Below, in pieces: positions 39,728 to 52,943 of a DNA stretch of 64,000 nt. The DNA comes from an uncultured Acidobacteriota bacterium. GTDB taxonomy: Bacteria; Acidobacteriota; UBA6911; RPQK01. The position numbers and the translations under genes are program-made. Positions within the stretch are counted from its first letter, which is position 1. Each line of letters opens with the position of its first letter. The notes under the pieces were generated by a model. The model was not told the origin of the DNA, made no database searches, and saw only the letters and a program-made list of their open reading frames with translations. The stretch covers positions 450,110-514,109 of the forward strand of contig CAVUUN010000014.1 of the NCBI GenBank assembly GCA_963744645.1. Reading direction: 5' to 3'.

Positions 39728-42293
39728 ATCAACCAGGCGGTCCCGCATTGTCCTCCGTTCACTGCAAGTGCCGGTAATCCTCCTGCTGCTCGTCGCCTCC
39801 GTCCTCGGTGCCCCTTCCCTGCCTCCCAAGGAGTTGCTCGGTTTTCAAGTCGGCGAGGACAGGAAGCTGGCCGACTGGGGACAGATCACCAATTACTTCC
39901 GGCATCTGAACCGGACGAGCAGAAAACTGCGACTCGTTGAATTGGGGCCGAGCACCCTCGGGCGGCCCATGCTGATGGCAATCATCACATCCCCCGAGAA
40001 TTTGGCCCGCCTCGATGAATATCGCGAGACTCAGCGCGTGCTGGCCGATCCCCGGCTGGCCGGCGCATCAGCCGGGGAACGGATCAGGAAGGGCAAGGCG
40101 GTTGTTCTCGTGACTTGCGGGATCCATTCCACGGAAGTCGGCTCTCCGCTCCTGTCCATGGATCTTGCCTACCAGTTGGTCACCGCCCAGGACCCGTCCA
40201 CCGCGGCTATTCTTAAGAACGTGATCTTGTTGCTCGTCCCCTCGCTAAACCCGGACGGCTTGGACGTGGTCACCGACTGGTATAGAAAGACTCTGGGGAC
40301 GGCAGCCGAGGGCACCTCCCCCCCACAGCTGTATCACACTTATACCGGTCACGATAACAACCGCGACTGGTTCATGTTCACGCAGAAGGAAACGCGCCTG
40401 ATAGTGGAAAAGGTTCACAACGTCTGGCATCCGCAGGTCGTGATGGATCTGCACCAGATGGGCACTGACGGTCCCAGGATATTTGTCCCGCCTTACACTG
40501 ACCCAATCGACCCGAACGTGGACCCGATCCTCCAGGCTAAAATCGTGGAGCTCGGATCTTTTGTTTTTTCTCAACTCGTCGCGTCCGGAAAGCCGGGCGT
40601 CCTGACGAAATCCATGTTTGACGCCTACACTCCGGCACGCGCCTACCAGCACTATCACGCCGGCGTCCGGATCCTGGTCGAAGTCGCGAGTGCCCGCCTG
40701 GCTACTCCCTACGAGTCCACCAAAACAGAGAAAGGCGTCGGGTTTGACTCCACCGCCGGCTCCTGGAACTATCCGCGCCCGTGGACCGGAGGTCGTTGGA
40801 CACTGAGGGATATCATCGACTACCAGAGGCAGGCGGTTCATTCCTGCCTGGACCACGCCGCACGTTTTCGACAGGAGTGGCTGCGTGCCTTCTATCAGGT
40901 CGGAACGAATGCGGTGGCCTCCCAGTCCCCCTATGCCTTCGTCATCCCGCCCGATCAAGCGGATCAACAGGCTCTAGGCGACCTTCTCGGCATCCTCCGT
41001 CTCGCTCAGGTCGAGATCCATAGAGCCCGCACGGGTTTCAGTGTCGAAAACAGCACCCTGGTCTCACCGCCTTTTGGAGCGGGTCCGTCCAGGGAGTTCC
41101 CGGCCGGCTCCTACGTCATTTTGCTTGGTCAACCGTACAGCGCGTTCGCCAGGACGATGCTGGGGTTACCCAAGTACCCGGATGTCCGGGACTGCGATTC
41201 GGGAGCGCTGGCGCGGCCTTACGATATTACCGCCCATTCCCTTGGCATTATGCTGGGCGTGGAGGTCCACCAGGTGGATAAGGCGTTTGGCGCCCGCCTG
41301 GAGCCGATTGATTACTTTCGGCCGGCCGGTTCTCTCCAGGGTTCTGGTCCTTACTGGCTGTTTTCGCATGATAGCAATACATTCGCCCGCCTCGCCAACC
41401 GGCTGCTGGCGCGTGGGGCCTCGCTTTCCTGGGCACCGAACGGATTCCAGGCGGATGGCTCCGCTTTCCGGGCTGGAACCTTGCTGGCGCGTGTATCCGG
41501 GGAAGAACCGCCGGATGCCGTCCTCGATGGCGCCCCCGTCGAGGTCCACCGGGTTGCGAGCGCTCCCGAGCTTGCCTGGCAGCAGCTCCGACAGCCCAAG
41601 ATCGGTATTTACGCGAGTCACGCTCCTGTAGTCGATGAAGGCTGGCTGCGCTGGGTGCTGGAGCAAAATGAGTTTCCTTACACCGTGCTGCACGACAAAG
41701 ACATCCGGGATAAGGATCTCTCCTTTTACCACGTGATTGTGATCCCGTCGCAGTCTCCCGGCGCCCTTCGACAGGGTTTGACCGCGCCGTACCCGGAGAG
41801 CATCCGCGGCGGGCTCGGTGAGAAGGGAATTCAGAAATTGCAGGATTACGTTCGGACGGGGAACGTTCTTCTGCTCCTGGGTGCATCGGCCGAATTGATC
41901 CCGGCACTCGGCATCGACGGCGCCAACCAGGTTGCCGAGCTGCCGCGCAGCGACTTTTATGTGCCGGGTTCGCTGCTCGCCATCGAGGTCAATAACCTCC
42001 ATCCGATCGGATACGGGATGCCGGACCGGGCGGCCGTAATGTTCGATGACGAGCCGGTCCTCTCGGTGAGACAGGCCCTCCCGATTGCGCGGTACGCGGG
42101 ATCTGAGGTCTTGCTGGGCGGATGGATGACCGGAGAACGATACATACGCTCCGGGGCGGCACTGGCGGAGGTGAAGCTCGGACGAGGCTACATCGTCGCA
42201 GCCGGATTCCGTCCGCATTTCCGCGGGCAGATGCGTTCCACCTACAAGTTTCTGTTCAATACCCTTTTCTACGCCACCACGATCGGCCATTGA
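39711..42293 (+). CDS. secreted M14-family zinc carboxypeptidase with a large C-terminal extension
   Basis: Signal peptide. M14 motifs HSTEVGSP...NPDG...HDNNRD...MDLHQMG. Overlaps the end of the radical SAM gene; the ORF track start is 39660. Confidence 0.75.
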   Translation: MLNSTESTRRSRIVLRSLQVPVILLLLVASVLGAPSLPPKELLGFQVGEDRKLADWGQITNYFRHLNRTSRKLRLVELGPSTLGRPMLMAIITSPENLARLDEYRETQRVLADPRLAGASAGERIRKGKAVVLVTCGIHSTEVGSPLLSMDLAYQLVTAQDPSTAAILKNVILLLVPSLNPDGLDVVTDWYRKTLGTAAEGTSPPQLYHTYTGHDNNRDWFMFTQKETRLIVEKVHNVWHPQVVMDLHQMGTDGPRIFVPPYTDPIDPNVDPILQAKIVELGSFVFSQLVASGKPGVLTKSMFDAYTPARAYQHYHAGVRILVEVASARLATPYESTKTEKGVGFDSTAGSWNYPRPWTGGRWTLRDIIDYQRQAVHSCLDHAARFRQEWLRAFYQVGTNAVASQSPYAFVIPPDQADQQALGDLLGILRLAQVEIHRARTGFSVENSTLVSPPFGAGPSREFPAGSYVILLGQPYSAFARTMLGLPKYPDVRDCDSGALARPYDITAHSLGIMLGVEVHQVDKAFGARLEPIDYFRPAGSLQGSGPYWLFSHDSNTFARLANRLLARGASLSWAPNGFQADGSAFRAGTLLARVSGEEPPDAVLDGAPVEVHRVASAPELAWQQLRQPKIGIYASHAPVVDEGWLRWVLEQNEFPYTVLHDKDIRDKDLSFYHVIVIPSQSPGALRQGLTAPYPESIRGGLGEKGIQKLQDYVRTGNVLLLLGASAELIPALGIDGANQVAELPRSDFYVPGSLLAIEVNNLHPIGYGMPDRAAVMFDDEPVLSVRQALPIARYAGSEVLLGGWMTGERYIRSGAALAEVKLGRGYIVAAGFRPHFRGQMRSTYKFLFNTLFYATTIGH

Positions 42294-42320
42294 GAAGATC
42301 AAGTAAGTGAGGGATCGGAA

Positions 42321-43493
42321 ATGAATCGCAGGGACTTTCTCAAACTCGTTGCCGTAACCAGTGTTCTTTCGGCTGGTATTGTCCTGTTCTTCCTCCGTTG
42401 GCCGTCGCCTCCCACGAGTCGGGCCGAGTTCTCACAGAAAGGTGCGCAGACATTTGACACCCAACTGAGTGAACAGGAGAAGGTCAATATCAGGATCTAC
42501 GAAACCTTGGGTCCGGGCGTCGTCAACGTCACCAGCATCACCGTGGACTACAATTTCTGGTTGGAGCCGATTCCCAGGGAAGGCGTCGGAAGCGGTTTTT
42601 TCATCGATAACGCCGGTCATATCGTCACCAATTTTCACGTCATACAAAGCGCGGAGAAGCTCGAGGTGACCCTCTTCGGCAAAACCCAGGGCTACAAGGC
42701 CACAGTGATCGGGGCTGATCCAATGAACGACATCGCCATCCTGAAGATCGACTGCCCGGCCGAGGAATGCCACCCGCTGAAGCTCGGGAACAGCGAGACG
42801 CTGAAGGTCGGGCAGAGAGTCCTGGCAATCGGCAACCCGTTCGGTTTGGAGAGAACCTTGACCGACGGCATCATCTCCTCGCTTGGCCGGACCATCGAGT
42901 CCCGGGGCGGGGTGATCGATGACGTCATCCAGACCGACGCTGCGATTAACCCGGGGAACAGCGGCGGACCGCTCCTGAATACCCGCGGCGAAGTCATCGG
43001 GATCAATACGGCCATCTATTCGAGGACAGGTGAGAGTGCGGGTATCGGATTTGCCGTCCCGGTGAATACGCTCTCGAGAATCGTTCCGGACCTCCTCCAG
43101 CATGGGAAAGTCCTGCGGCCGTGGTTCGGCGTCCAGGGACGAGCGATGACTACCCAACTGGCGGATGCGCTGCGGGAGTCAGGCTTCAAGATCCCGACGG
43201 ATCAGGGTTTCCTGGTCGAGGTCGTGAAGCCCGGGGGAACGGCTGAAAAGGCTGGCGTCGAGGGTGGCGACCAGCGCGTCTTCTTCGGGAACCGGCCCCT
43301 GATCATCGGTGGCGATCTCATCGTCTCCCTCAATGGTCGGGACGTTCGAACCGCGAGTGACATCGATGACATCCTCAAGGACAAGCGGCCGGGCGATCGG
43401 GTCGAGATCGAACTGTATCGCAAGGGGAGAAAGATCACCCGGGAGATCGAGTTGATCGAGCGGGAACGAGGCGGTGGAGTCTTCCGGTTCTAG
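42321..43493 (+). CDS. HtrA/DegP-family serine protease with a Tat-type signal (RRDFLK) and a PDZ domain
   Basis: His-Asp-Ser trypsin-fold motifs (TNFHVI, DIAIL, GNSGGPL) and a C-terminal PDZ. Confidence 0.9.
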   Translation: MNRRDFLKLVAVTSVLSAGIVLFFLRWPSPPTSRAEFSQKGAQTFDTQLSEQEKVNIRIYETLGPGVVNVTSITVDYNFWLEPIPREGVGSGFFIDNAGHIVTNFHVIQSAEKLEVTLFGKTQGYKATVIGADPMNDIAILKIDCPAEECHPLKLGNSETLKVGQRVLAIGNPFGLERTLTDGIISSLGRTIESRGGVIDDVIQTDAAINPGNSGGPLLNTRGEVIGINTAIYSRTGESAGIGFAVPVNTLSRIVPDLLQHGKVLRPWFGVQGRAMTTQLADALRESGFKIPTDQGFLVEVVKPGGTAEKAGVEGGDQRVFFGNRPLIIGGDLIVSLNGRDVRTASDIDDILKDKRPGDRVEIELYRKGRKITREIELIERERGGGVFRF

Positions 43494-43615
43494 GAGATTT
43501 TTCGTGGATAATCGTCTTTTTTGCGTTCAAAACGCGAAAAAGTGCCTCCAGGCTTCGTATTTTTTCGGACTCGAACGTTATAGTAAGTGAACGTTTTCAT
43601 CGGAGGTGAAAATCC

Positions 43616-44062
43616 ATGGTCAATCGAGTCATGTTGATAGGCCGTCTCGGCCGGGACCCCGAGATGCGCTATACGTCATCCGGAACCCCGGTTACGAACT
43701 TTTCGCTCGCGACGGATGAAGTCTGGAAGGATCAGAACGGCGAACGACAGACGAAAACCGAGTGGCACAACATTGTCGTCTGGAACAAACTGGCCGAAAC
43801 CTGCAATAACTACCTCAAGAAGGGGAAGCTGGTTTTTATCGAGGGCCGCATCCAGACCAAGGAATGGGACGACAAGGACGGCAATAAAAGGAAAACGACT
43901 GAGATCGTCGCTTCCAACATGCAGATGCTGGATCGCAGGGATGCGGGTGAGGAAGGGCGGGCGGACTACCGCGCTTCTGCTCCGGTATCGGCCGCCGCAC
44001 CTGCCACCCCGGCCCCGAAAGTCATGGAAGCCGGCATCACGGACGACGACATCCCGTTCTAG
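43616..44062 (+). CDS. ssb: single-stranded DNA-binding protein
   Basis: OB-fold N-terminus and an acidic C-terminal tail DDDIPF. Confidence 0.95.
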   Translation: MVNRVMLIGRLGRDPEMRYTSSGTPVTNFSLATDEVWKDQNGERQTKTEWHNIVVWNKLAETCNNYLKKGKLVFIEGRIQTKEWDDKDGNKRKTTEIVASNMQMLDRRDAGEEGRADYRASAPVSAAAPATPAPKVMEAGITDDDIPF

Positions 44063-44173
44063 TCTGAAAGAACACGGATCCGGGCAGAAGAGGTTGTCCA
44101 CGAATCACACGAATGGAATAAATCTCTTCTGCTCGAGTCCGCATCGCCTTTTGCCTGAGTTTGGCATTCATCC

Positions 44174-45935
44174 ATGAAACTGAAAGTCTCGCTCGCCCAG
44201 ATCAATCCGACGACTGGGGATCTGCAAGGCAACAGCCGCAAGATCATTGCAGGCATCGAAAAGGCGCGCCGGGAGGGAGCACACCTGGTGGTTTTCCCCG
44301 AGATGTGTCTGACCGGCTACTGTCTGGACGAAAAACTCCTGATCAACCTCGGCTTTCTGCGGGCGAACCGCCGATACTTGCTCAACGAGATTGCACCTGC
44401 GTGCAAGGACATCGCGGCAGTCGTCGGGTTTCTGGAATTCGACGAGTCGCGCCGGGGACCGGACAGTCGTGTCATCCGGCACAACGCCGCCGCGGTCATC
44501 CAGGACGGCCGGCTCCTCACCGTGGTCAAGAAGCGATTGCTGCCGTCGTATCGGTATTTCGAGGATAAGCGGTATTTCGAACCGGGTCGTGAGACCGAGC
44601 CGGTACCCATCCGGGGTGCAGACGGCGCTGTTTCCGTGGGAGTCCTGATCTGTGAGGACTTGTGGGACGACGGTTACGAGCTGAAACCGACCGAGATTTA
44701 CAGCCAGAAGGGGGCCGAGCTTCCTCGTCTGTATCAATGCGAGCCCGTTTGTCGCCAGCACGCCGGGCCGCGAGGACGGGAAGAGATTCCGACGCCGCGA
44801 CCAGATTCGCCTGAAAATCGAGCGTCACGGTTTGCCGATCGCCTATGTCAATACTGTGGGGATCGGCGACAACGGAAAGAACATTATTCCGTACGATGGC
44901 GCGAGCGTTGTGTACGATGCCGACGGTCGGCTGGTCTGCGCCCTTAAAGCATTCGAAGAGGACCAGCAGACGGTCACGCTGGAACAGGGACGGGCAGCGG
45001 AATGCCCGGAACCCTGCAGGGAGCGGGAAGAAGAGATCTATCTCGCCCTGGCCATGGCTGTCCGGGACTACTACCAGAAGGTCGGAATCTTCAAGGGGGT
45101 GTTGGAAGCTGTTTCGGGCGGGATCGATTCGGCCCTCGGAACGGCAATCGCTCACCAGGCGATGGGCCCCGAACTTGTCACCCTCTACAATCTTCCCTCG
45201 AAGTTTAACTCTTCGACGACCCAGGCGCTGGCGCGCCAGCTCGCTGAGAATTTCGGCCTGACGTACCACGTGATTCCAATCCAGGCGATGGTCGATCGGG
45301 TCGTCGAAGATTTTGAGCGAGATCTGCACCCGGTCAGGGATCCTGTGACGATTGAGAACCTGCAGTCGAGGATTCGGGGATTGATCATGATGGCGGAATC
45401 CAACGACCGGCAGGCTTTGCTCCTGACCAACGGAAACGAAACCGAGATAGCGCTGGGTTACGCGACCCTTTACGGCGACATGGTGGGCGGGCTCTCGGTT
45501 ATCGGAGACCTGCCGAAGACCGACGTTTACCGCTTGGCGCGGTATGTCAACCGCCGTTGGGGTAGGCCGGTCATCCCGGAAGCGATCTTCACGATTCCAG
45601 CCTCTGCCGAGCTGCGCGAGGACCAGGTGGACCCGTTCGACTACGAGATCGTGGCGCCGCTGGTCAACGAACTGGCGGAGACGGGCTGGGGACCCGAAGA
45701 GTTCGTCGAACAGTTCCGAACCCGCTCCCTTTCCGCAGAAAAGTACTCGACCGGGACCGGCTCGATCTACGACAGGTACACCGTCGATGAGTTCCGAGAC
45801 CTGGCTGTGCGGCTCTACCGGAGCCTGAACAACTCCGTGTACAAAAGGCTGCAGGGCGCGCCGATCATTGCGGTCTCCGACCGGGCATTCGGCTTCGATC
45901 TGAGGGAGACGATTATTAACGGGTGGAAACCCTGA
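44174..45935 (+). pseudogene. nadE: glutamine-dependent NAD+ synthetase (CN-hydrolase plus NAD synthetase domains), split by a -1 frameshift
   Basis: ORF 44174-44947 holds the nitrilase domain up to ...YSQKGAEL. ORF 44832-45935 holds ...LPIAYVN... and the SGGIDSA PP-loop. The second frame reads FLVCINASPF from ~44721, so one base is missing near gagcTTcctc. Confidence 0.85.
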
Positions 45936-46022
45936 TTGGTTTTTGGTTATAATTCATTCTTCTTCATCTGAGCCCGAACAAGCGGCTCAGACGGCGCGGC
46001 TCGGTGAGCCGATGCTGACCAT

Positions 46023-46334
46023 TCAGTAGATGCAGTTGGGATAGATCCCCAGCACTTCGTTGCAGCGCCTGCATCGCACTGTTTCCGAGATCTCTGCAAA
46101 TCGAGGAATGGACTTCCAGATCTCGATATGATCTGGGCGGACCTCTTCGTCCTCGGCGACGGTGATCTCCGGGTTTCGGCGCAGGTGGAGGACAGCGAAT
46201 CTGTAGAAGCTGGAGAAATCGCAGCGGTAGCAGGCGATTTTCCGAAAGGCGACGGCGAGTTCCACGTACTTGAACCGGTCCTCGAAGACGGTTTGGCCCG
46301 GTTGGAGTGGAAACACGGCGCTGTTGAAAACCAT
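46023..46334 (-). CDS. hypothetical small protein with two CxxC pairs (possible zinc ribbon)
   Basis: 103 aa with CYRC...CRRC. Codon usage is consistent with neighbouring genes. No family assigned. Confidence 0.4.
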   Translation of the reverse strand: MVFNSAVFPLQPGQTVFEDRFKYVELAVAFRKIACYRCDFSSFYRFAVLHLRRNPEITVAEDEEVRPDHIEIWKSIPRFAEISETVRCRRCNEVLGIYPNCIY

Positions 46335-46473
46335 GGCGTTAGCTTATCCGATGGTCGGGAAAGGGGCAAGGCCCAAGACGCACCGTCCGGGGGGATGGGC
46401 GAGGTCTGTTCAAGTGAAGCATGAACCTTTTAGAGGCAAGTGACCATCAACTAAAAATTTTCTGAGATGGAAC

Positions 46474-46502
46474 TTGCAACTCGATAGGGGATTGCGTATC
46501 AT
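46474..46502 (+). promoter_or_regulatory. candidate rRNA operon promoter (TTGCAA-17-TATCAT) with an upstream A/T tract
   Basis: -35 TTGCAA at 46474-46479, a 17-nt spacer and -10 TATCAT at 46497-46502, ~95 nt upstream of 16S. A weaker second candidate lies at 46516-46544. Confidence 0.5.
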
Positions 46503-46593
46503 ACTCCTTACCACGCGGACACAATGTGAACGCGCTGGTAAAATCTGATCTTTGACAACCAGACAGAAGCAGAGATGCGAGGCCTGGATCAAT

Positions 46594-48119
<1,526 letters not shown>

Positions 48120-48345
48120 CGGGAAACCGAAAGAAAACAACGTTCGATAACAATCGGGTCTTGCAGGCTCGCCTCTGTCTGGTTATCCAAGGTCGGATAA
48201 AAAACACCCGGCGCCTTTTTTTTCGAAGAAGAAGGGCGCCGGGTTCGATCTTGACTGGTCTTTGACAATCTGGAAGAGAGAAAACAAAAGGGCAAGAGAA
48301 ATGCCACAAGGCAGGCCTGGGGATTTTGGGCGACTGAAAAACCCG

Positions 48346-51308
<2,963 letters not shown>

Positions 51309-51385
51309 GGATTTTTCAGTGGCTCAAAAACCAAGGCCACCTGTGGCACGCCTTTAGCCCCGAGTTTCTTCTTCCAGATGTTACG

Positions 51386-51464
51386 ATTGCGGATTGCGGA
51401 TTTGGGAGTGCGGATTAAAAAGCCGGTCTTTCAATCCGCAATCCCAAATCCGCAATCCGCAATC
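51386..51464. repeat. inverted repeat of GCGGATT heptamers in the 23S-5S spacer
   Basis: gattgcggattgcggatttgggagtgcggatt ... aatccgcaatcccaaatccgcaatccgcaatc, ~31-bp arms. Confidence 0.8.
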
Positions 51465-51473
51465 TTAAAGGAT

Positions 51474-51590
51474 TTCCGGCGGTCCTGGCGGAGGGGCCAC
51501 ACCCGTTCCCTTTCCGAACACGGAAGTTAAGCCCTCCAGCGCCGATGATACTGCATGGGAAGCCATGTGGGAACGTAGGTCACCGCCGGA
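51474..51590 (+). rRNA. rrf: 5S ribosomal RNA
   Basis: CCGGCGGTCCTGGCGGAGGGGCCACACCCGTTCCC...GGGAACGTAGGTCACCGCCGG is a typical 5S sequence. Confidence 0.9.
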
Positions 51591-51601
51591 ATATAAACGA
51601 A

Positions 51602-51640
51602 AAAGCCGCGGGTTCATCCCCGCGGCTTTTTTTTGTCCGG
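51602..51640 (+). terminator. rho-independent terminator of the rRNA operon
   Basis: AAGCCGCGGG-ttcat-CCCGCGGCTT followed by a T-run of 8. Confidence 0.8.
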
Positions 51641-51728
51641 AGCGCCCGCAAGGACGACAAGAAAGGCAACCACCAGGGCCCAGGCGATCGACTGAAACAA
51701 ACCTCGCCACTCTTCGTCTGATTTAGAC

Positions 51729-52151
51729 ATGCGACGTTTCTTCGGATACTTGGCGCTGGCTCTTTGCCTGATTCCGTCCCTTTCGCTCGGCGGCATGCAA
51801 CGCGAACCGTGGCCCGGCAGCACTCCGCAGGGCCGGCTGGCAAGAAAGATGGACCCCCTTCAGGTCCAGGCAATCGTCGACAACCTGAACGAGGAATCCA
51901 AGAAGCGGCACGGCCAAGCGTTCATCCTCAAATACTACTTTGACCTCGGACCGCTCAACCGGGTGCAGGTTGCCCCGGAACTCTGGAAGGGTTTGACCAG
52001 TGCCGAACGGCGGCGGTTGGGCAACAGCTTCGCGAAAGCTTTTCGAGGGACGGGGCTCCTGTTCTGTCAGTTTCTTGCCGGGGACGCTCCTGTCGGCAAA
52101 GTTGTGTCAGATCCGATTCGCGGAGGATTGAAGTTCGTCTCGGTTGACTAG
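51729..52151 (+). CDS. hypothetical secreted protein
   Basis: 140-aa ORF with a signal peptide (MRRFFGYLALALCLIPSLSLG). No family recognised. Confidence 0.45.
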   Translation: MRRFFGYLALALCLIPSLSLGGMQREPWPGSTPQGRLARKMDPLQVQAIVDNLNEESKKRHGQAFILKYYFDLGPLNRVQVAPELWKGLTSAERRRLGNSFAKAFRGTGLLFCQFLAGDAPVGKVVSDPIRGGLKFVSVD

Positions 52152-52269
52152 CCTGTGTCCGCTCGCCCGAGTGTCTTCCCCGCTACTTCCCGCCCGCTTT
52201 CGCATCTAACCTCAAGTACGTCATATCGACGATCTCGGCTTGACCTATAATGAACGAGAGGAAGAAACG

Positions 52270-52893
52270 ATGACACGCAACGGATTGTTTTTTCTCGGCC
52301 TGTTGGCCGTCGCCCTCCTTGTCTCCCCGGCCGCAATTGCGCAGGGGAATGCGTCGGACCCGACGCCGGCGCAGGACCAGCCGACCACACAGGAGCAGCC
52401 TCAGACGGCTGTTGCCCCGGCACCAGCTCCAGAGAGCCTGACGAAGGGCATCCAGCTGAATCAGGCCAAGAAGTACAAGGAAGCGGAGACGGAGCTCCGG
52501 GCAGCCGTTCAAGCCCAGCCGGCCAATCCAGCCGCCCATTTGCAGCTCGGGATCGCGCTTTTCGAGCAGGGGAAAGTCGACCCGGCCGGGTTGGAACTGG
52601 ACCAGGCGAAACCGATCAGCCTGACCGGTACCAAGGCCGAGCAGGCCGACTACTACCAGTACCATGGCTCCTACCTGGCGAGGAAAGCAAAGTGGGCCGA
52701 CGCAGCCGCGGATCTGCAGAAGGGCATCGAGCTCGATCCTAAAGAGCCATACAATCACTACTACATTGGCGTCGCCTACAACAATCTAAAACGGCCGGAC
52801 AAGATGGTCGAACACCTTCAGATGTTTCTGAAACTGGCACCGAACGCCCCGGAAGCCCCCAAATGCAAGGCGCTGCTCAGGGCCGTTCAATAA
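52270..52893 (+). CDS. secreted tetratricopeptide-repeat protein
   Basis: Signal peptide, a Pro/Gln-rich linker, then TPR-like repeats (AHLQLGIALFEQGK..., YYIGVAYNNLKRPDKMVEH). ORF track start 52240. Confidence 0.65.
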   Translation: MTRNGLFFLGLLAVALLVSPAAIAQGNASDPTPAQDQPTTQEQPQTAVAPAPAPESLTKGIQLNQAKKYKEAETELRAAVQAQPANPAAHLQLGIALFEQGKVDPAGLELDQAKPISLTGTKAEQADYYQYHGSYLARKAKWADAAADLQKGIELDPKEPYNHYYIGVAYNNLKRPDKMVEHLQMFLKLAPNAPEAPKCKALLRAVQ

Positions 52894-52943
52894 CCGATCC
52901 CATGGGCGCGAGGCAGCCATAGTGCCTTGCGCCTCTACTGCTC

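Noticed and set aside
45947-46369. 140-aa minus-strand ORF overlapping the small Zn-ribbon candidate
   Set aside because: The translation is Ser/Pro/Ala low-complexity and fully overlaps the more plausible 103-aa CxxC ORF in another frame.
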